From the NCBI GenBank assembly GCA_038523235.1, contig JBCBJQ010000019.1, positions 1 through 64,000 of the forward strand: 64,000 nt of DNA. Reading direction: 5' to 3'. Source of the DNA: Cyanobacteria bacterium J06626_4. Its GTDB lineage: Bacteria > Cyanobacteriota > Cyanobacteriia > Phormidesmidales > Phormidesmidaceae. The position numbers and the translations under genes are program-made. The notes beneath the pieces are model-generated. The model did not search any database, had not been told where the DNA came from, and was given only the letters and a program-made list of their open reading frames with translations. Positions 53,435 through 64,000 of the stretch are shown in pieces (position 1 is the first letter of the stretch; each line of letters starts with the position of its first letter).

Positions 53435-53632
53435 TCAGCCAATATCCGCAATTTTGAAGCCCATTTGACATTCATATTGCTGAGGCTGACCCTCCTGCAG
53501 CTTCTCTAAAGAACGCCCACAGGTTAACCGTCCGTGATGGAAGCGGGGCTGGCCCATCTGGTCGGCCATCAAACAGGTTTGACAAACTGCGGTGGGAGAC
53601 AGGAGCTGGTCATTCATCATGACAACCAACAT
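53435..53632 (-). CDS. Small Cys-containing hypothetical protein
   Basis: VCQTCLMAD..GQPR...C...YECQMGF. Confidence 0.75.
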   Translation of the reverse strand: MLVVMMNDQLLSPTAVCQTCLMADQMGQPRFHHGRLTCGRSLEKLQEGQPQQYECQMGFKIADIG

Positions 53633-53906
53633 AAGAATTCCCTTCCAACTATTTTTTGAAAACGCCGATTTGAATATGTCTTTATTGTAAGTCAGCTCCC
53701 CCTGAGAGTTGTGTGCAAAAATACACACCTTAATAGCCATCAGGGGTTGGGCGTTGTCCATCCCGGAGAGAAGTCGTTTCTGTGTTCTCTAGCAGTCGCC
53801 AGTCCGGTTACGGCAAGGCTGCGGAGCCACTTGGTTGATGTGCGCAAGAGCGGAGCGTTCCTAGAGGCCCTGAGTAAAGTGACCAGCGCGATAAATGGGT
53901 CACTGC

Positions 53907-54710
53907 CTAAGCGTGCTGTTCTGTGAGCCAGCGCGAAAAGTCTTGGGCGGGCGCGATGCGAATACCCCCCTCCCCGATGTAAGCCACCTCCGGTAAATAG
54001 GCTTGCGGCGGCGTTTCGGGCGGGCGGGCAACTTTGTCCGCGATGCGCAGCTGAGTCGGTTCCATATGCAAGGTCATGATGCGGCAGCGGTGGTTGCCCT
54101 GAGAGCCGGCATGGGCGAGTCCTTTGAGTCGGCCCCAAATCACAATGTCGCCCGCGGCCACGATACTGCCGCCGGGGTTGATGTCACCCAAAATGACGAC
54201 GGTGCCCTTGTGGCGAATCTCCGTGCCAGAGCGAATGGTGCTCTGCAGATAAAGCGGCTCATCTAGTGACGAGCCCGATTGGGGGGACGCTTGATTGAGC
54301 GGGGTGACAGGGGTGTGCTGCTCGACTGCATAGCCAGCCGTGGCGGCAGCGACCGCCGTTTGGCGGCGGCTGGTATAGACTCGCTTTAGCTGCAGTTCCG
54401 CATCGGTAAGGGCGTCGGCAATTTCTTGCAGTTGACGGCTATCGAGCAGCCGATCGCGAGCGATCAGATGCACGGTGCTTTGCGATTGCCAAAAGCGTTC
54501 GCCAGCGGTGAGACGATGCTTGAGTTGCTCCCACACTTCGGGCCAAGGCGACAGCGTAGCCGAGGGTTCCGGTGGCAGCAGCAGCAAGACTTTGCCTGCC
54601 TGACTCTTGAGCCGCACCTGAACGTTAGGATCGACTTCAGGGCTGGCGGCATCAGGCGCTGCCTCGGCGGGAGCAACATCAGCGTTAACAGGGGGAGAAT
54701 CCAAGCTCAT
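53907..54710 (-). CDS. minC: Septum site-determining protein
   Basis: TIRSGTEIRHKGTVVILGDINPGG..A.GDIVIWGRLKGLAHAG, QLRIAD. Confidence 0.95.
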   Translation of the reverse strand: MSLDSPPVNADVAPAEAAPDAASPEVDPNVQVRLKSQAGKVLLLLPPEPSATLSPWPEVWEQLKHRLTAGERFWQSQSTVHLIARDRLLDSRQLQEIADALTDAELQLKRVYTSRRQTAVAAATAGYAVEQHTPVTPLNQASPQSGSSLDEPLYLQSTIRSGTEIRHKGTVVILGDINPGGSIVAAGDIVIWGRLKGLAHAGSQGNHRCRIMTLHMEPTQLRIADKVARPPETPPQAYLPEVAYIGEGGIRIAPAQDFSRWLTEQHA

Positions 54711-54836
54711 GAGCGGCAGTCAACGTCGTAGACATTACGCTAGTCATGCCATCTTAAATCAGGATGTCGGGACTGGGGCAGGCAATCGAGCCGTTCTTGG
54801 GGATGGGCTCCCGGTCGGCCAGGGGAAACGGCAAAA

Positions 54837-55844
54837 ATGACCTGGAGTGCGTTGCATGCCCACTTACATCAAACCCTGCGATCGCGCACCACTACCGTTC
54901 ACACCGATCAGCCCCAGCCGCTGCTACCGCCTCAAGCCCGCGTCCTGGTTGCTGTTTCCGGCGGGCAAGACTCGCAATGTTTGTTGCGATTGCTGATTGA
55001 TTTGCAGCCCAAATGGCACTGGCAACTCTACGGCATTCACTGCAACCATCGCTGGCGTGCCGACGCTGACGCCAACGCTGCTTTTGTTCATCAGCTCACT
55101 ACTGATTGGGGGGTGCCCTGCCAGGTGAAAACGGCGGTGCAGCCGCTGACCAGTGAGGCCACCGCCCGACAATGGCGCTATCAGGTTTTTGCTGAAGTCG
55201 CTCATCAAATTGGCTGTACCCATGTCGTGACCGGACACACCGCTAGCGATCGCGCCGAGACGCTACTGTTTAACTTGGTGCGAGGCAGTGGTTTAGATGG
55301 TTTACAGGCACTGACCTGGTGCCGACCCCTCAACGCCACCGCGACCGATCTTTCCTTAGTCCGTCCTTTGTTGGATGTCACCCGCACCCAGACTCAACAG
55401 TTTTGCGAAACCTGGCAAATTCCCATCTGGGAAGATGCCACCAATACTGATCCCACCTATCGCCGCAATCGACTGCGCCTGGATATTTTGCCGCCGCTGC
55501 GCGAGCACTTTAACCCGCAGGTCGATGCCACCCTCGCTCAAACGGCAGAAATTTTAACCGCCGAGGTGGAATATTTGCATGCCCAGATGGCGATCGCATT
55601 TGCTCAGTGCGTCGTGCAGGGTCGGTTGCAGCGGCGATCGCTGCGCGAGATGCCCCTCGCTTTGCAGCGGCGGGTAATTCGCCAACTGCTGATGCAGCAG
55701 CTCCAGATATCGCCCCAGTTTGCTCAGGTCGACAAGGTGATCGCCCTACTCGATGCCCCCAATCGCAGCCAGTCTGATCCGTTTCCCGGTGGGGCGATCG
55801 CGATGGTCGATGACCCGTGGATTGTGGTGCAGCCGCCCTCATGA
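54837..55844 (+). CDS. tilS: tRNA(Ile)-lysidine synthetase
   Basis: AVSGGQDS, SEATARQWRY, TGHTASDRAET, RPLL, RNRLR. Confidence 0.95.
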   Translation: MTWSALHAHLHQTLRSRTTTVHTDQPQPLLPPQARVLVAVSGGQDSQCLLRLLIDLQPKWHWQLYGIHCNHRWRADADANAAFVHQLTTDWGVPCQVKTAVQPLTSEATARQWRYQVFAEVAHQIGCTHVVTGHTASDRAETLLFNLVRGSGLDGLQALTWCRPLNATATDLSLVRPLLDVTRTQTQQFCETWQIPIWEDATNTDPTYRRNRLRLDILPPLREHFNPQVDATLAQTAEILTAEVEYLHAQMAIAFAQCVVQGRLQRRSLREMPLALQRRVIRQLLMQQLQISPQFAQVDKVIALLDAPNRSQSDPFPGGAIAMVDDPWIVVQPPS

Positions 55845-55983
55845 CGGCAAGATTCAGCGGCGATCGCCGTTCTCTGCAGTCACAAATACCTGCTGAAGAG
55901 GGGCTCAAACACCCTCACCGCCAACGCTGTGATCTTCCGCAGCCCGTTATACTGACGGGGGACTCATAGGAGCACAGAAAGTT

Positions 55984-56622
55984 TTGGGCGTCGATCTGCG
56001 CAGCTACGTATACATTGACAGCCTGCAACCGCAGCACGCCGCTTATATGGGAACCGTAGCCGTCGGGTTTTTGCCACTACCGGGCGATTCATCGCTCTGG
56101 CTCGAAATTTCCCCCGGTATTGAAATCAACCGCCTGATGGATATTGCTCTCAAGTCAGCCGTCGTGCGCCCTGCTGTACTGATGGTTGAGCGGCTTTACG
56201 GTAACTTAGAAATTCACGCCAGTAGTCAGGCGGAAGTGCATGCTGCCGGCCGCGCGATGCTGGACGCGATCGGCGTCAGTCGGCGCGATTGTCTGCGCCC
56301 TCGAGTGATTTCTAGTCAGGTCATTCGTAACCTCGACCCGCACCACGTGCAGCTAATTAACCGCAGCCGCCGCGGTAATATGATTGTGGCCGGTCAAACC
56401 CTTTATGTTTTTGAGGTGGAGCCGGCGGCCTATGCTTCCCTGGCCGCCAACGAAGCCGAAAAAGCCGCCCTCATCAACATTCTGCAAATCAATGCAGTCG
56501 GCAGCTTTGGGCGACTGTATTTGGGCGGTGAAGAACGCGATATTCTGGCCGCGCAGCAGGCTGTTTTGTCTGTGATGGAAAGCTTGCCAGGGCGCGACCA
56601 AACAGATTTGCGCAACGAATAA
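55984..56622 (+). CDS. ccmP: Tandem BMC-domain carboxysome shell protein (CcmP-like)
   Basis: [49 protein letters not shown]. Confidence 0.85.
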   Translation: MGVDLRSYVYIDSLQPQHAAYMGTVAVGFLPLPGDSSLWLEISPGIEINRLMDIALKSAVVRPAVLMVERLYGNLEIHASSQAEVHAAGRAMLDAIGVSRRDCLRPRVISSQVIRNLDPHHVQLINRSRRGNMIVAGQTLYVFEVEPAAYASLAANEAEKAALINILQINAVGSFGRLYLGGEERDILAAQQAVLSVMESLPGRDQTDLRNE

Positions 56623-56653
56623 CCAGGTTCACTGTGCTCTGGCCAGACCGTTT

Positions 56654-56686
56654 TGTCAGGGTTCGACAGTGTGCCAAACCCTGACA
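56654..56686. terminator. Hairpin between convergent genes
   Basis: tgtcagggtt...aaccctgaca. Confidence 0.6.
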
Positions 56687-56712
56687 GTCGGTACAGATTG
56701 CTGAGCAACGCT

Positions 56713-57810
56713 CTAAGCTGACTGACTCATCGCTAAGGACGGATAGTCCGTATAGCCCCGCTCGTCACCCCCATAAAACGTGTTGGGGTCAGGCTCATTG
56801 AGCGGCGCATTCAGCTTAAATCGCTGGGGCAGGTCAGGGTTAGCAATAAACAGCTTGCCGTAGGAGACCAAATCCGCTTCGCCCGCCGCGATCGCGGCAT
56901 TGCCCTTAGCCTGGTCATAATCCCAATTCGTCATCAGGTTGCCGTCATACAGCGGACGAAATTCGCGGGTGGGAATCGGCGTGCCGCCATAACGCAAATC
57001 GGCTTCGCTAGGTTCTAACAGATGCACATAAGCCAGGTTGAACTCATTCAGCGCCTGCACCGCATAGCTAAAGGTGGCCTTTGGATCAGAGTCGCTCATA
57101 CCGTTAAATGTATTGCTGGGTGACAACCGCACGCCGACGCGATCGCTGCCCCAGACTTCGACGACTGCTTGTGTGATTTCTAGCAAGAGGCGGGCGCGAT
57201 TTTCGACGGAGCCGCCGTAGGCATCGGTGCGATGGTTGCTGCCATCGCGCAAAAACTGATCGAGCAGATAGCCGTTGGCCCCATGGACTTCGACCCCGTC
57301 AAAGCCTGCCGCCAGCGCATTTTTTGCGCCCTGTCGGAACTGTTCTACAATCTCCGGAATTTCATCCAGTTCTAACGCGCGAGGTGTGACGAAGGGTTGC
57401 ATGCCCTCGTAGGTCATGGCTTCACCTGCTGGTTGCAGAGCGCTAGGGGCAACGGGCAATTCGCCGTTGTGAAAGGAGGGATGAGAAACCCGGCCCACAT
57501 GCCACAGCTGCAGAAAAATCCGACCGCCCTGCTGATGAACACTGTCGGTGACGCGCTGCCAGGCCGCCACCTGTGCCTGCGAATAGATGCCAGGGGTGTG
57601 CGGATAGCCCTGACCTAATGGGGCTACTTGGGTCGCTTCGGTAATGATCAGTCCAGCGGATGCCCGCTGCCGGTAATACTCCGCATGCATCGCGATGGGG
57701 GCATCATCAGCTCCGGCTCGATTGCGCGTGAGGGGAGCCATGACGATGCGATTCGGCAGCTCATAGCGCCCGAGCTGAATGGGGGTAAACAGATCTTTAG
57801 AATGAGTCAT
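56713..57810 (-). CDS. Old yellow enzyme / alkene reductase
   Basis: NRIVMAPLTR, QLWHVGR, EVHGANGYLLDQF, FIANPDLP, GYTDYP. Confidence 0.94.
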   Translation of the reverse strand: MTHSKDLFTPIQLGRYELPNRIVMAPLTRNRAGADDAPIAMHAEYYRQRASAGLIITEATQVAPLGQGYPHTPGIYSQAQVAAWQRVTDSVHQQGGRIFLQLWHVGRVSHPSFHNGELPVAPSALQPAGEAMTYEGMQPFVTPRALELDEIPEIVEQFRQGAKNALAAGFDGVEVHGANGYLLDQFLRDGSNHRTDAYGGSVENRARLLLEITQAVVEVWGSDRVGVRLSPSNTFNGMSDSDPKATFSYAVQALNEFNLAYVHLLEPSEADLRYGGTPIPTREFRPLYDGNLMTNWDYDQAKGNAAIAAGEADLVSYGKLFIANPDLPQRFKLNAPLNEPDPNTFYGGDERGYTDYPSLAMSQSA

Positions 57811-58048
57811 CGGGGACCAAACCTGCGTAAAGAGGATAATCGGCAGCAGCAGCTGAGCTGGGGGCAAACCACCGCCCAACTCAGCGCTGCAATCATGAAA
57901 CGTCTTATCTAACCCGGCATCCATCCTGGTGAAGCGGCTGGATGACAAGGTTGTAATTAAGGGAAATCGCGACTCACTTAAGGCAGAATCGCGATCGCGC
58001 TAACGGGGCTCGTAAGAAAGAATCAGTGCCCCATCAGCAAGAAACGGT

Positions 58049-58375
58049 CTAGGCCAGATAGCGATCGAGGGTCTGAGCCAGAGTGACTTTGGGCACTGCT
58101 CCTACCACTTGGTCAACCACTTGGCCACCCTTAAAAACGATCAGGGTAGGAATGCTACGAATCCCGTATTGAGACGCGATCGCCGCTTGGTCATCCGTAT
58201 TGACCTTGACGACTTTGGCCCGGCCCTCATACTCTTGAGCGATTTGATCAACTACGCCAGAGACGAGGCGACAAGGCCCACACCAGGGAGCCCAAAAGTC
58301 GACCAGCACGGGCAAGTCGTTTTGTAGAACGTCAGTGTCGAAAGTTGCTTGGGTAATTTCTGCAACGGCGGACAT
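58049..58375 (-). CDS. trxA: Thioredoxin
   Basis: [19 protein letters not shown]. Confidence 0.95.
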   Translation of the reverse strand: MSAVAEITQATFDTDVLQNDLPVLVDFWAPWCGPCRLVSGVVDQIAQEYEGRAKVVKVNTDDQAAIASQYGIRSIPTLIVFKGGQVVDQVVGAVPKVTLAQTLDRYLA

Positions 58376-58423
58376 GTCAATACCTCCGTTTACCTTAATA
58401 ATGGATGTGAGGCGAGAATAACA

Positions 58424-58446
58424 ATTGTTCAATTTTTTCGAACAAT
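58424..58446. promoter_or_regulatory. Putative operator for the ArsR-family regulator
   Basis: ATTGTTC-N9-GAACAAT inverted repeat between the divergent trxA and regulator genes. Confidence 0.6.
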
Positions 58447-58480
58447 CAAACTATAGCTCGCTTGGCGAGAGACTGCAACC

Positions 58481-58813
58481 ATGAGACCGATTTATCATCC
58501 AGCCAAATCTGATCTGTCGCTAGCGGGGGTGTTGTACGCCCTTGGTGACCCGGTGCGGCTAGAGATTGTGAAGCGCTTGGCCGACGTGCCTGGACTGCCC
58601 TGTGCGGCGATTGAGGTTTCGGTAGCTAAGTCAACCCTGTCCCATCACTTCAAGATTTTGCGCGAGGCGGGGGTGATTGTTTGCCAAAAGCAAGGCACTC
58701 AGCATCTGAATTCTTTGCGGATTGAGGATCTGAGCGATCGCTTTCCTGGCTTGCTCGAAGCCGTGCTGCAGTCTGCCGGCGATGTACCCAAGGCGACGGT
58801 GCCACCGCAATGA
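58481..58813 (+). CDS. ArsR/SmtB-family regulator (RexT-like)
   Basis: ALGDPVRLEIV, KSTLSHHFKILREAG, RFPGLL; divergent from the thioredoxin gene. Confidence 0.88.
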   Translation: MRPIYHPAKSDLSLAGVLYALGDPVRLEIVKRLADVPGLPCAAIEVSVAKSTLSHHFKILREAGVIVCQKQGTQHLNSLRIEDLSDRFPGLLEAVLQSAGDVPKATVPPQ

Positions 58814-58867
58814 CCCAGACTTTCTCGAACCGTCCGGTTTACTGCCAGGCTGTCCCCTTGGCGCGGG

Positions 58868-59944
58868 CTACAGTAGCTCCACTCGTTGGCCATCCTGATT
58901 GAGTGATTGGGAAAGGGCTACCAATGCGCTGACGAGGTCGGTGCCGATTTGACCTGACGAAATCTCGGAATTTTGATTGTCGGCCACGCACTGGATGAAA
59001 TGCTGGCAGACCGCTTTGAGTGGTTCACCCGGTGGCACCGTAACGACTTCGCGTTCAAGATCGGTGGGCACAAAGTATAGGCCTTGCGGCTCAAACGCAC
59101 CGCGCTGCAGCACGAGCGGTGCAGTGGGCTGCATCTCGTCAAAGACCAGGGTGCCGCGATCTCCCACCACACCCAGCCGTCGCTGTTTGTCGGGATTGGC
59201 CCAACTGACGTGAATCGTGGCTTCAAAGCCGCTGGAATAAAACAGCCGTAGCCACGCCACGTCGGCTAAGCCCTTGGGGAAGTGCTCAGCCGATGTGCGA
59301 TCGCCCTGCAGCCAGATCTGTCCTTGGGCGGAAACGGCGATCGGCGTCTCACCCAGCCAATAGTTAAAAATAGCGATGTCGTGGATGGACAAGTCCCATA
59401 GGGCATCGACATCAGGCCGCACGGGCCCCAGATTAGTGCGAGTGGCATAGCCGTAGCGCAGCGTGCCCAGGGAGTCTTTGGCCAGCACTGACTGCCCGGT
59501 CTGCACAACGGGGTGAAACAAATACGTGTGGTCAATGACGAGCTGCAAATCGTGTTGCTCAGCCAGGGCACAGAGTTCCTCACTGGCGGCGACGTTGAGG
59601 GTGAGGGGTTTTTCGGCTAGGACGTGTTTGCCCTGTTGTAGCGCGGTTTTGATCAGGGCGTAATGAGTTGCAGCGGGCGTGGCGATCACGACGGCATCGA
59701 TATCGGTGCGGGTTAAGACGGCGTCAGCATCAGCCGTCAGCTCAACTGAGTCCGCTAGACCAAATTTGTTGCGAATCTCAGTGTGCTGCTCGGTGCGAGG
59801 CTCTACGACAGCGACGACCTCAACTGTCGGCAGGGCCAGAAAGTTTCTCAGCAGATGGTTGCCCCATCGCCCGACGCCAAACTGTGCTAACCGAATGCGA
59901 TCGCCCGTCATAACTTCCGCCTCTAACCGATGTGTTAAGGCCAC
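58868..59944 (-). CDS. Gfo/Idh/MocA oxidoreductase
   Basis: GVGRWG, IATPAATH, KHVLAEKP, WDLSIHD. Confidence 0.92.
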   Translation of the reverse strand: MALTHRLEAEVMTGDRIRLAQFGVGRWGNHLLRNFLALPTVEVVAVVEPRTEQHTEIRNKFGLADSVELTADADAVLTRTDIDAVVIATPAATHYALIKTALQQGKHVLAEKPLTLNVAASEELCALAEQHDLQLVIDHTYLFHPVVQTGQSVLAKDSLGTLRYGYATRTNLGPVRPDVDALWDLSIHDIAIFNYWLGETPIAVSAQGQIWLQGDRTSAEHFPKGLADVAWLRLFYSSGFEATIHVSWANPDKQRRLGVVGDRGTLVFDEMQPTAPLVLQRGAFEPQGLYFVPTDLEREVVTVPPGEPLKAVCQHFIQCVADNQNSEISSGQIGTDLVSALVALSQSLNQDGQRVELL

Positions 59945-60332
59945 CTTGTCGGGTTGCCCTTACTTCAAAAATGCCCGTCTGGGGGGTGAAACCCCCACCC
60001 GGAGAATTGCTCTTTCCACCCGATTGAGCGCCAGCATCGGTCAGTTTTGCCAGATGCAACTACGCTTCTGAGCTGTTGACTGAATGCTTTTAGAGAGGGG
60101 CGTTTGGCTTGTTTCTGATGGTGAGCTCAGGAGTTGCACAGCGATAGCAGAAGTCGGCATGCAGAAGTCGGCAGTTGGAGTTGAAAAGCTTTTCAGATGT
60201 TGATTGCAGCTATCCTGAGTGAGCTGATCAAACTGCGGCCTGCCATCTTAGATAACGAGCTATTTACGAAGATGATGCAATGCGGTAGAGCTTCTGCCCT
60301 AATCGTTGCGATCGCCAACCCCGTCCCGCAAT

Positions 60333-61301
60333 TTACTCGGTATCAGCAGGCGGCTTCTGGGCCAAGATTGCTCGATGTCGAGGGTCTGTTTCTTGCGTGA
60401 CAATGCGCTGAAAGCCGATCGCCGCAAGGGCAGCTTCAATATCAAAAGTGTAGTAATCGTCGCTCCAGGGTTCGGTGCTTTTCATCAGGGTAAACAGCAC
60501 CGGCGGCAGCTTTTGAATCACCTCAGATTTGGGATTGTTGTCAGCGATCGCCAACGTGCCCCCCGGCGTCAACAGTCGCAGCGCTTCTTGAAAAATGGCG
60601 CGAGCTGCCGCCCGAGGTAATTCGTGGGTGACAAACTGCAGCATGATCACGTCATAGGTGGCGGCAGGCAGTCCGGTATCTTCTGCCAGCGCATGCCGCC
60701 ATTGCGCAATTTCGTTCTGCGTATCCCGCATTTGAGCGACGGCGAGCATATAAGGCGATAGGTCTAAGCCGGTCGTGGCGATCGGGGCCGTCTGTCGCTG
60801 CTGCAAAAAGCGGTGGGTGGTGAACGTTGAGATGCCCACTGAACAGCCCATGTCCAAAAGCCGAGTGACTGGTTCTGGCCGATAAGCGCCCAACACCTCG
60901 TGAAAGGTGCTCCTTAGCCGCGCCTGCGCTGCTTGCCAGGTCAACCCTTCATGCGGCCAGACGCGCAGCGCCATGGAGTACGTGGCGGATTCGGCTTCAA
61001 AGGCAGCCTGCCAGCAGAGATTACCCGCGTCATAGGCGTGAAATGGCACCTGATAATACGCGGGATAGGTGACCGCAGCATTCTCAATATCAGGCAACAG
61101 CGCCTTGATCTCAGAGGCTTCAAACTCAGCAAAAGTCTGACGCCAGGGAATCCCATTTTTCTCAGCCGTCTTGATCAAGACTTGCCGGGCCTGACGCTTC
61201 ATCAAGGCATATAGGGGCTTGGTCTGAATCAATAAATTCACGACCTTAGACAAAAAGTCATCCCCGGCCCAAGCTGGTTTGTGCGTTCCCGTTGCCGTCA
61301 T
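60333..61301 (-). CDS. Class I SAM-dependent methyltransferase
   Basis: YYQVPFHAYDAGNL, LDMGCSVG, GLDLSPYML. Confidence 0.9.
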   Translation of the reverse strand: MTATGTHKPAWAGDDFLSKVVNLLIQTKPLYALMKRQARQVLIKTAEKNGIPWRQTFAEFEASEIKALLPDIENAAVTYPAYYQVPFHAYDAGNLCWQAAFEAESATYSMALRVWPHEGLTWQAAQARLRSTFHEVLGAYRPEPVTRLLDMGCSVGISTFTTHRFLQQRQTAPIATTGLDLSPYMLAVAQMRDTQNEIAQWRHALAEDTGLPAATYDVIMLQFVTHELPRAAARAIFQEALRLLTPGGTLAIADNNPKSEVIQKLPPVLFTLMKSTEPWSDDYYTFDIEAALAAIGFQRIVTQETDPRHRAILAQKPPADTE

Positions 61302-61355
61302 GGAGTTAAGCCGCTTTATATGCGCCTTTTATCCTAAGGTACTGACCGGGCAGAA

Positions 61356-62057
61356 TCAAAAGTTATCGGGATTGAGGGGACGACCGCTGTTGTTATTCAG
61401 TCGGGTACCGGTGCCGCCATCGGCGGCATCGAGGAAGGGCTGCAGTTCAATGTTGCCGCTGTTGCCCGAGCGACCAGAGGGCAAACCGAGCACATCCCCC
61501 AGGCCATCCAAGATGTTGTCACCTTCTACAAAGGTGTTAACGCCGTCGGTCGTCTGCCCTTGATCCGCTAGCACGAGATTGTCAAACACCATATCCCGAG
61601 TGATGACGGGGTCTTGACCCGGCGGCACCGTAAACACAATGCGACAGCTGGGGACCGATTCTGTTGTGACACACACGGTGTTGTAGCCGTTCTCTTGACC
61701 GGTTTGGAGTTCTAATAGGCCATCAGGACGATATTCTTCGAGCCGACGGCTGATTTCCGCACAGCGACGGTCGGCGGGCCAGGCACTGCCCATGTCAGCT
61801 GGGGTCGCCCAGGCATACATTGCCCCTGGTTGGCTCGTGGGCGCATACATCACAGTGTATTCACCGTTTTGGAGCTGGCAGGTAAACCGCGCCTCATCTG
61901 ATTCAGTCGTGGGTTCAGCCGGCTCAACTTCTTCGGCATCCGGATTCTCAGCGTCTGGCTCAGTTTGCGCCGTTGCCCGATCGCCCGCCGCGCCCATCGC
62001 GATCGCTAAGCTGCCCACTAATACTGCGGTCGTAAACCCTTGCCATCTATGCGCCAT
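61356..62057 (-). CDS. COP23-domain secreted protein
   Basis: Signal peptide; RFTC, RRCAEISRRL, NGYNTVC, CRIVFTV. Confidence 0.82.
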   Translation of the reverse strand: MAHRWQGFTTAVLVGSLAIAMGAAGDRATAQTEPDAENPDAEEVEPAEPTTESDEARFTCQLQNGEYTVMYAPTSQPGAMYAWATPADMGSAWPADRRCAEISRRLEEYRPDGLLELQTGQENGYNTVCVTTESVPSCRIVFTVPPGQDPVITRDMVFDNLVLADQGQTTDGVNTFVEGDNILDGLGDVLGLPSGRSGNSGNIELQPFLDAADGGTGTRLNNNSGRPLNPDNF

Positions 62058-62176
62058 TGTTTTGTGTCTCCTGATGCGATTGCTGACCCGATTGTTCCTA
62101 GTCAGCCATCTATGACGGAGTGCCCACATCAGAAGTTTCCACGCTGGTTACAAATCTACAAATCCCACGATGCTCT

Positions 62177-63319
62177 TTAAAGACTCACCGGCTGCGTTTC
62201 TGGCGGTGGGGGCACGGTGGCTTCGAAACTTGTGCTTATGGGACTGTCAACGGGTGGGGGCAGCTCAGCGATTGCCGAATCGTCATCTAACGTCGCTTCA
62301 GTCATCCGCTCGGGCGCTTCCACTGGCCCCAGTTCGTCCAGCTTGTCCCAAATGGTTTGTAGCAGCTCACCTAAGTTTTGCTGCGCTACGGCTGAAATCG
62401 CAAACACCGGCTGCTGCGTCGCTTCTGCCATCAGTTCGGTCAATACCTGCGCATCCTCTGCCGACATCGCATCAATTTTATTGAGCGCTAAAAACTGGGG
62501 GCGATCGCTCAACTCATGGCCATAGGCCGCTAGTTCCTCCTGAATGATGCGATAGTCACTGAGCGGGTCAGGCGCCGTCGCGTCGACTAAATGCAGCAGC
62601 AAGCGAGTCCGTTCGATGTGGCGCAAAAATTCATGGCCCAAACCCAAACCGTCGTGAGCCCCGGCAATCAAGCCCGGAATATCAGCAAAGACCGTGCCAT
62701 CGCCCGTTGGTTTGCGCACCACGCCGAGATTGGGCACTAGCGTGGTGAACGGATAATCAGCAATCTTGGGTCGCGCGGCGGACAGCGCTGAAATCAGCGT
62801 TGACTTGCCCGCATTCGGCAGACCAATGATGCCTACCTCAGCCAACAGTTTCAGCTCTAAGCGAATGCGCCGCACTTCGCCCTCTAAACCGGGCAAAGCA
62901 TATTCCGGTGCGCGGTTGCGGTTGCTCAAAAAGTGCTTATTACCCAGGCCGCCTTTGCCCCCTGCCGCCACTTGCAGCGTCTGTTGCGCCAGCACCAAAT
63001 CACCCAGCAGTTCATCGGTATCGGCATCATACACTGTGGTGCCACAGGGTACTTCGATATACCGGTCTTCGCCGCAGGCCCCGGTGCGATTGCTCGGGCC
63101 GCCTCGCATGCCTGGTTTCGCTTTGAATTCGTGGGCGTAGCGGAAATCAAGCAGCGTCTGCAGATTCGTTTCTGCAATCAAATAAACTGAGCCGCCATGA
63201 CCGCCATTGCCCCCCGCCGGCCCCCCCGCCGGCACATATTTTTCGCGACGAAAGGACACCATGCCGTCGCCTCCGTTGCCGCCCACCACAGTGACTTCGA
63301 CTAAATCAACAAACTTCAC
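62177..63319 (-). CDS. obgE: GTPase Obg/CgtA
   Basis: [34 protein letters not shown]. Confidence 0.97.
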   Translation of the reverse strand: MKFVDLVEVTVVGGNGGDGMVSFRREKYVPAGGPAGGNGGHGGSVYLIAETNLQTLLDFRYAHEFKAKPGMRGGPSNRTGACGEDRYIEVPCGTTVYDADTDELLGDLVLAQQTLQVAAGGKGGLGNKHFLSNRNRAPEYALPGLEGEVRRIRLELKLLAEVGIIGLPNAGKSTLISALSAARPKIADYPFTTLVPNLGVVRKPTGDGTVFADIPGLIAGAHDGLGLGHEFLRHIERTRLLLHLVDATAPDPLSDYRIIQEELAAYGHELSDRPQFLALNKIDAMSAEDAQVLTELMAEATQQPVFAISAVAQQNLGELLQTIWDKLDELGPVEAPERMTEATLDDDSAIAELPPPVDSPISTSFEATVPPPPETQPVSL

Positions 63320-63598
63320 GACCGCCTCGCCTCCTAAAAACTGAAATGCAGGAGGGACGACTCGGCTATCACCCGAGAATCAACAATCAGCCTGCGCTAG
63401 GAACCTCTATCCTATAGCGTGTCTTCTCAAAATGGCACCAATTGCAGGGCGGGATACCGGAGGAAATTGCCACGGATCGAACCGGGTCGCCGACCGTTCA
63501 GCGCTATGCCCAAACGCACCGTGATCGCCTGATCCGGCAATCTGCAACTCTAGCCGAGAAATGGGCGGGTGGAGTGGCTTAATGCGAGCGCGTACCCC

Positions 63599-64000
63599 TT
63601 AAGCCTCTTGACTCAAAGGCAGCTCACCGGGCAGACAAATCAGACCATCCCCGTGGGCCGCAATAATGCCCTGCTGACGCAACTTACCCATCAGGCGGGT
63701 GACGGTCACTCGGGTGGAGCCGATGGCACTGCCAATTTGCGCGTGAGTCAGCGGAAAGGGGAGATAGTAGCCATCAGCAGACGCCTCGCCAAATTCTTCG
63801 ATGAGCAGGGTGAGGAAACCGATCAGGCGATCGATGGTGCGGCGCTGGCCTAAGGTGCTAAGCCAAAGCAGCTTGCGCTGATGCTGATGCCGAAAGGCTT
63901 CTAACACTTCACGGCGAAAATGTGGCCAGTTGTCCAAATCATGCCAATACAGCCAAATGACTGCGGTTTGATCGACATGGGCAAAGCTTTGCAAGGAGAA
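63599..64000 (-). CDS. Crp/Fnr-family regulator, 5' end outside the window
   Basis: LTHAQIGSAIGSTRVTVTRLMGKL Crp-type HTH. Confidence 0.88.
   Translation of the reverse strand, partial: FSLQSFAHVDQTAVIWLYWHDLDNWPHFRREVLEAFRHQHQRKLLWLSTLGQRRTIDRLIGFLTLLIEEFGEASADGYYLPFPLTHAQIGSAIGSTRVTVTRLMGKLRQQGIIAAHGDGLICLPGELPLSQEA

Overview
A 64-kb chromosomal segment from a filamentous, probably non-heterocystous diazotrophic cyanobacterium. HIP1 GCGATCGC sites are abundant and the gene set resembles the Leptolyngbya/Nodosilinea group (my inference). About 4.8-34.3 kb is an uninterrupted Mo-nitrogenase cluster. It contains cnfR/patB, a divergent ArsC-like nitrogenase-associated unit, a leftward arm (nifP-Asr1405 family-dps-small ORF-nifV-nifT-2Fe2S protein-GGCT) and a rightward arm (nifB-fdxN-nifS-nifU-nifH-nifD-nifK-nifZ-ORF-fused nifEN-nifX-DUF269-CCE_0567 family-nifW-hesA-ORF-hesB-fdxH-flavodoxin). 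Left of the cluster are a truncated STAND NTPase-TM-pentapeptide gene that is absent from the ORF track, mscL, and a secreted protein built from 16 DFDELRRENLDKDA repeats. Right of it are mostly housekeeping genes (miaB, smpB, ltaE, rpsF, minC, tilS, ccmP-like, trxA with a RexT-like regulator, obgE), plus an adenylate cyclase-Ser/Thr kinase fusion that faces a heme-c/HAMP sensor. The most notable unexplained signals are: the secreted repeat protein; an amyloid-like N-terminus on the STAND protein; mirror-image triplets of TGAGT(A/G)C boxes in the nifP-nifB spacer; three fixed-length covarying hairpin elements inside nif operons; an unannotated 47-aa ORF in the nif arm; and a degenerate direct repeat bracketing the cyclase-kinase gene. 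All calls come from reading the sequence by eye. No database searches were run, and refined start codons are my estimates.
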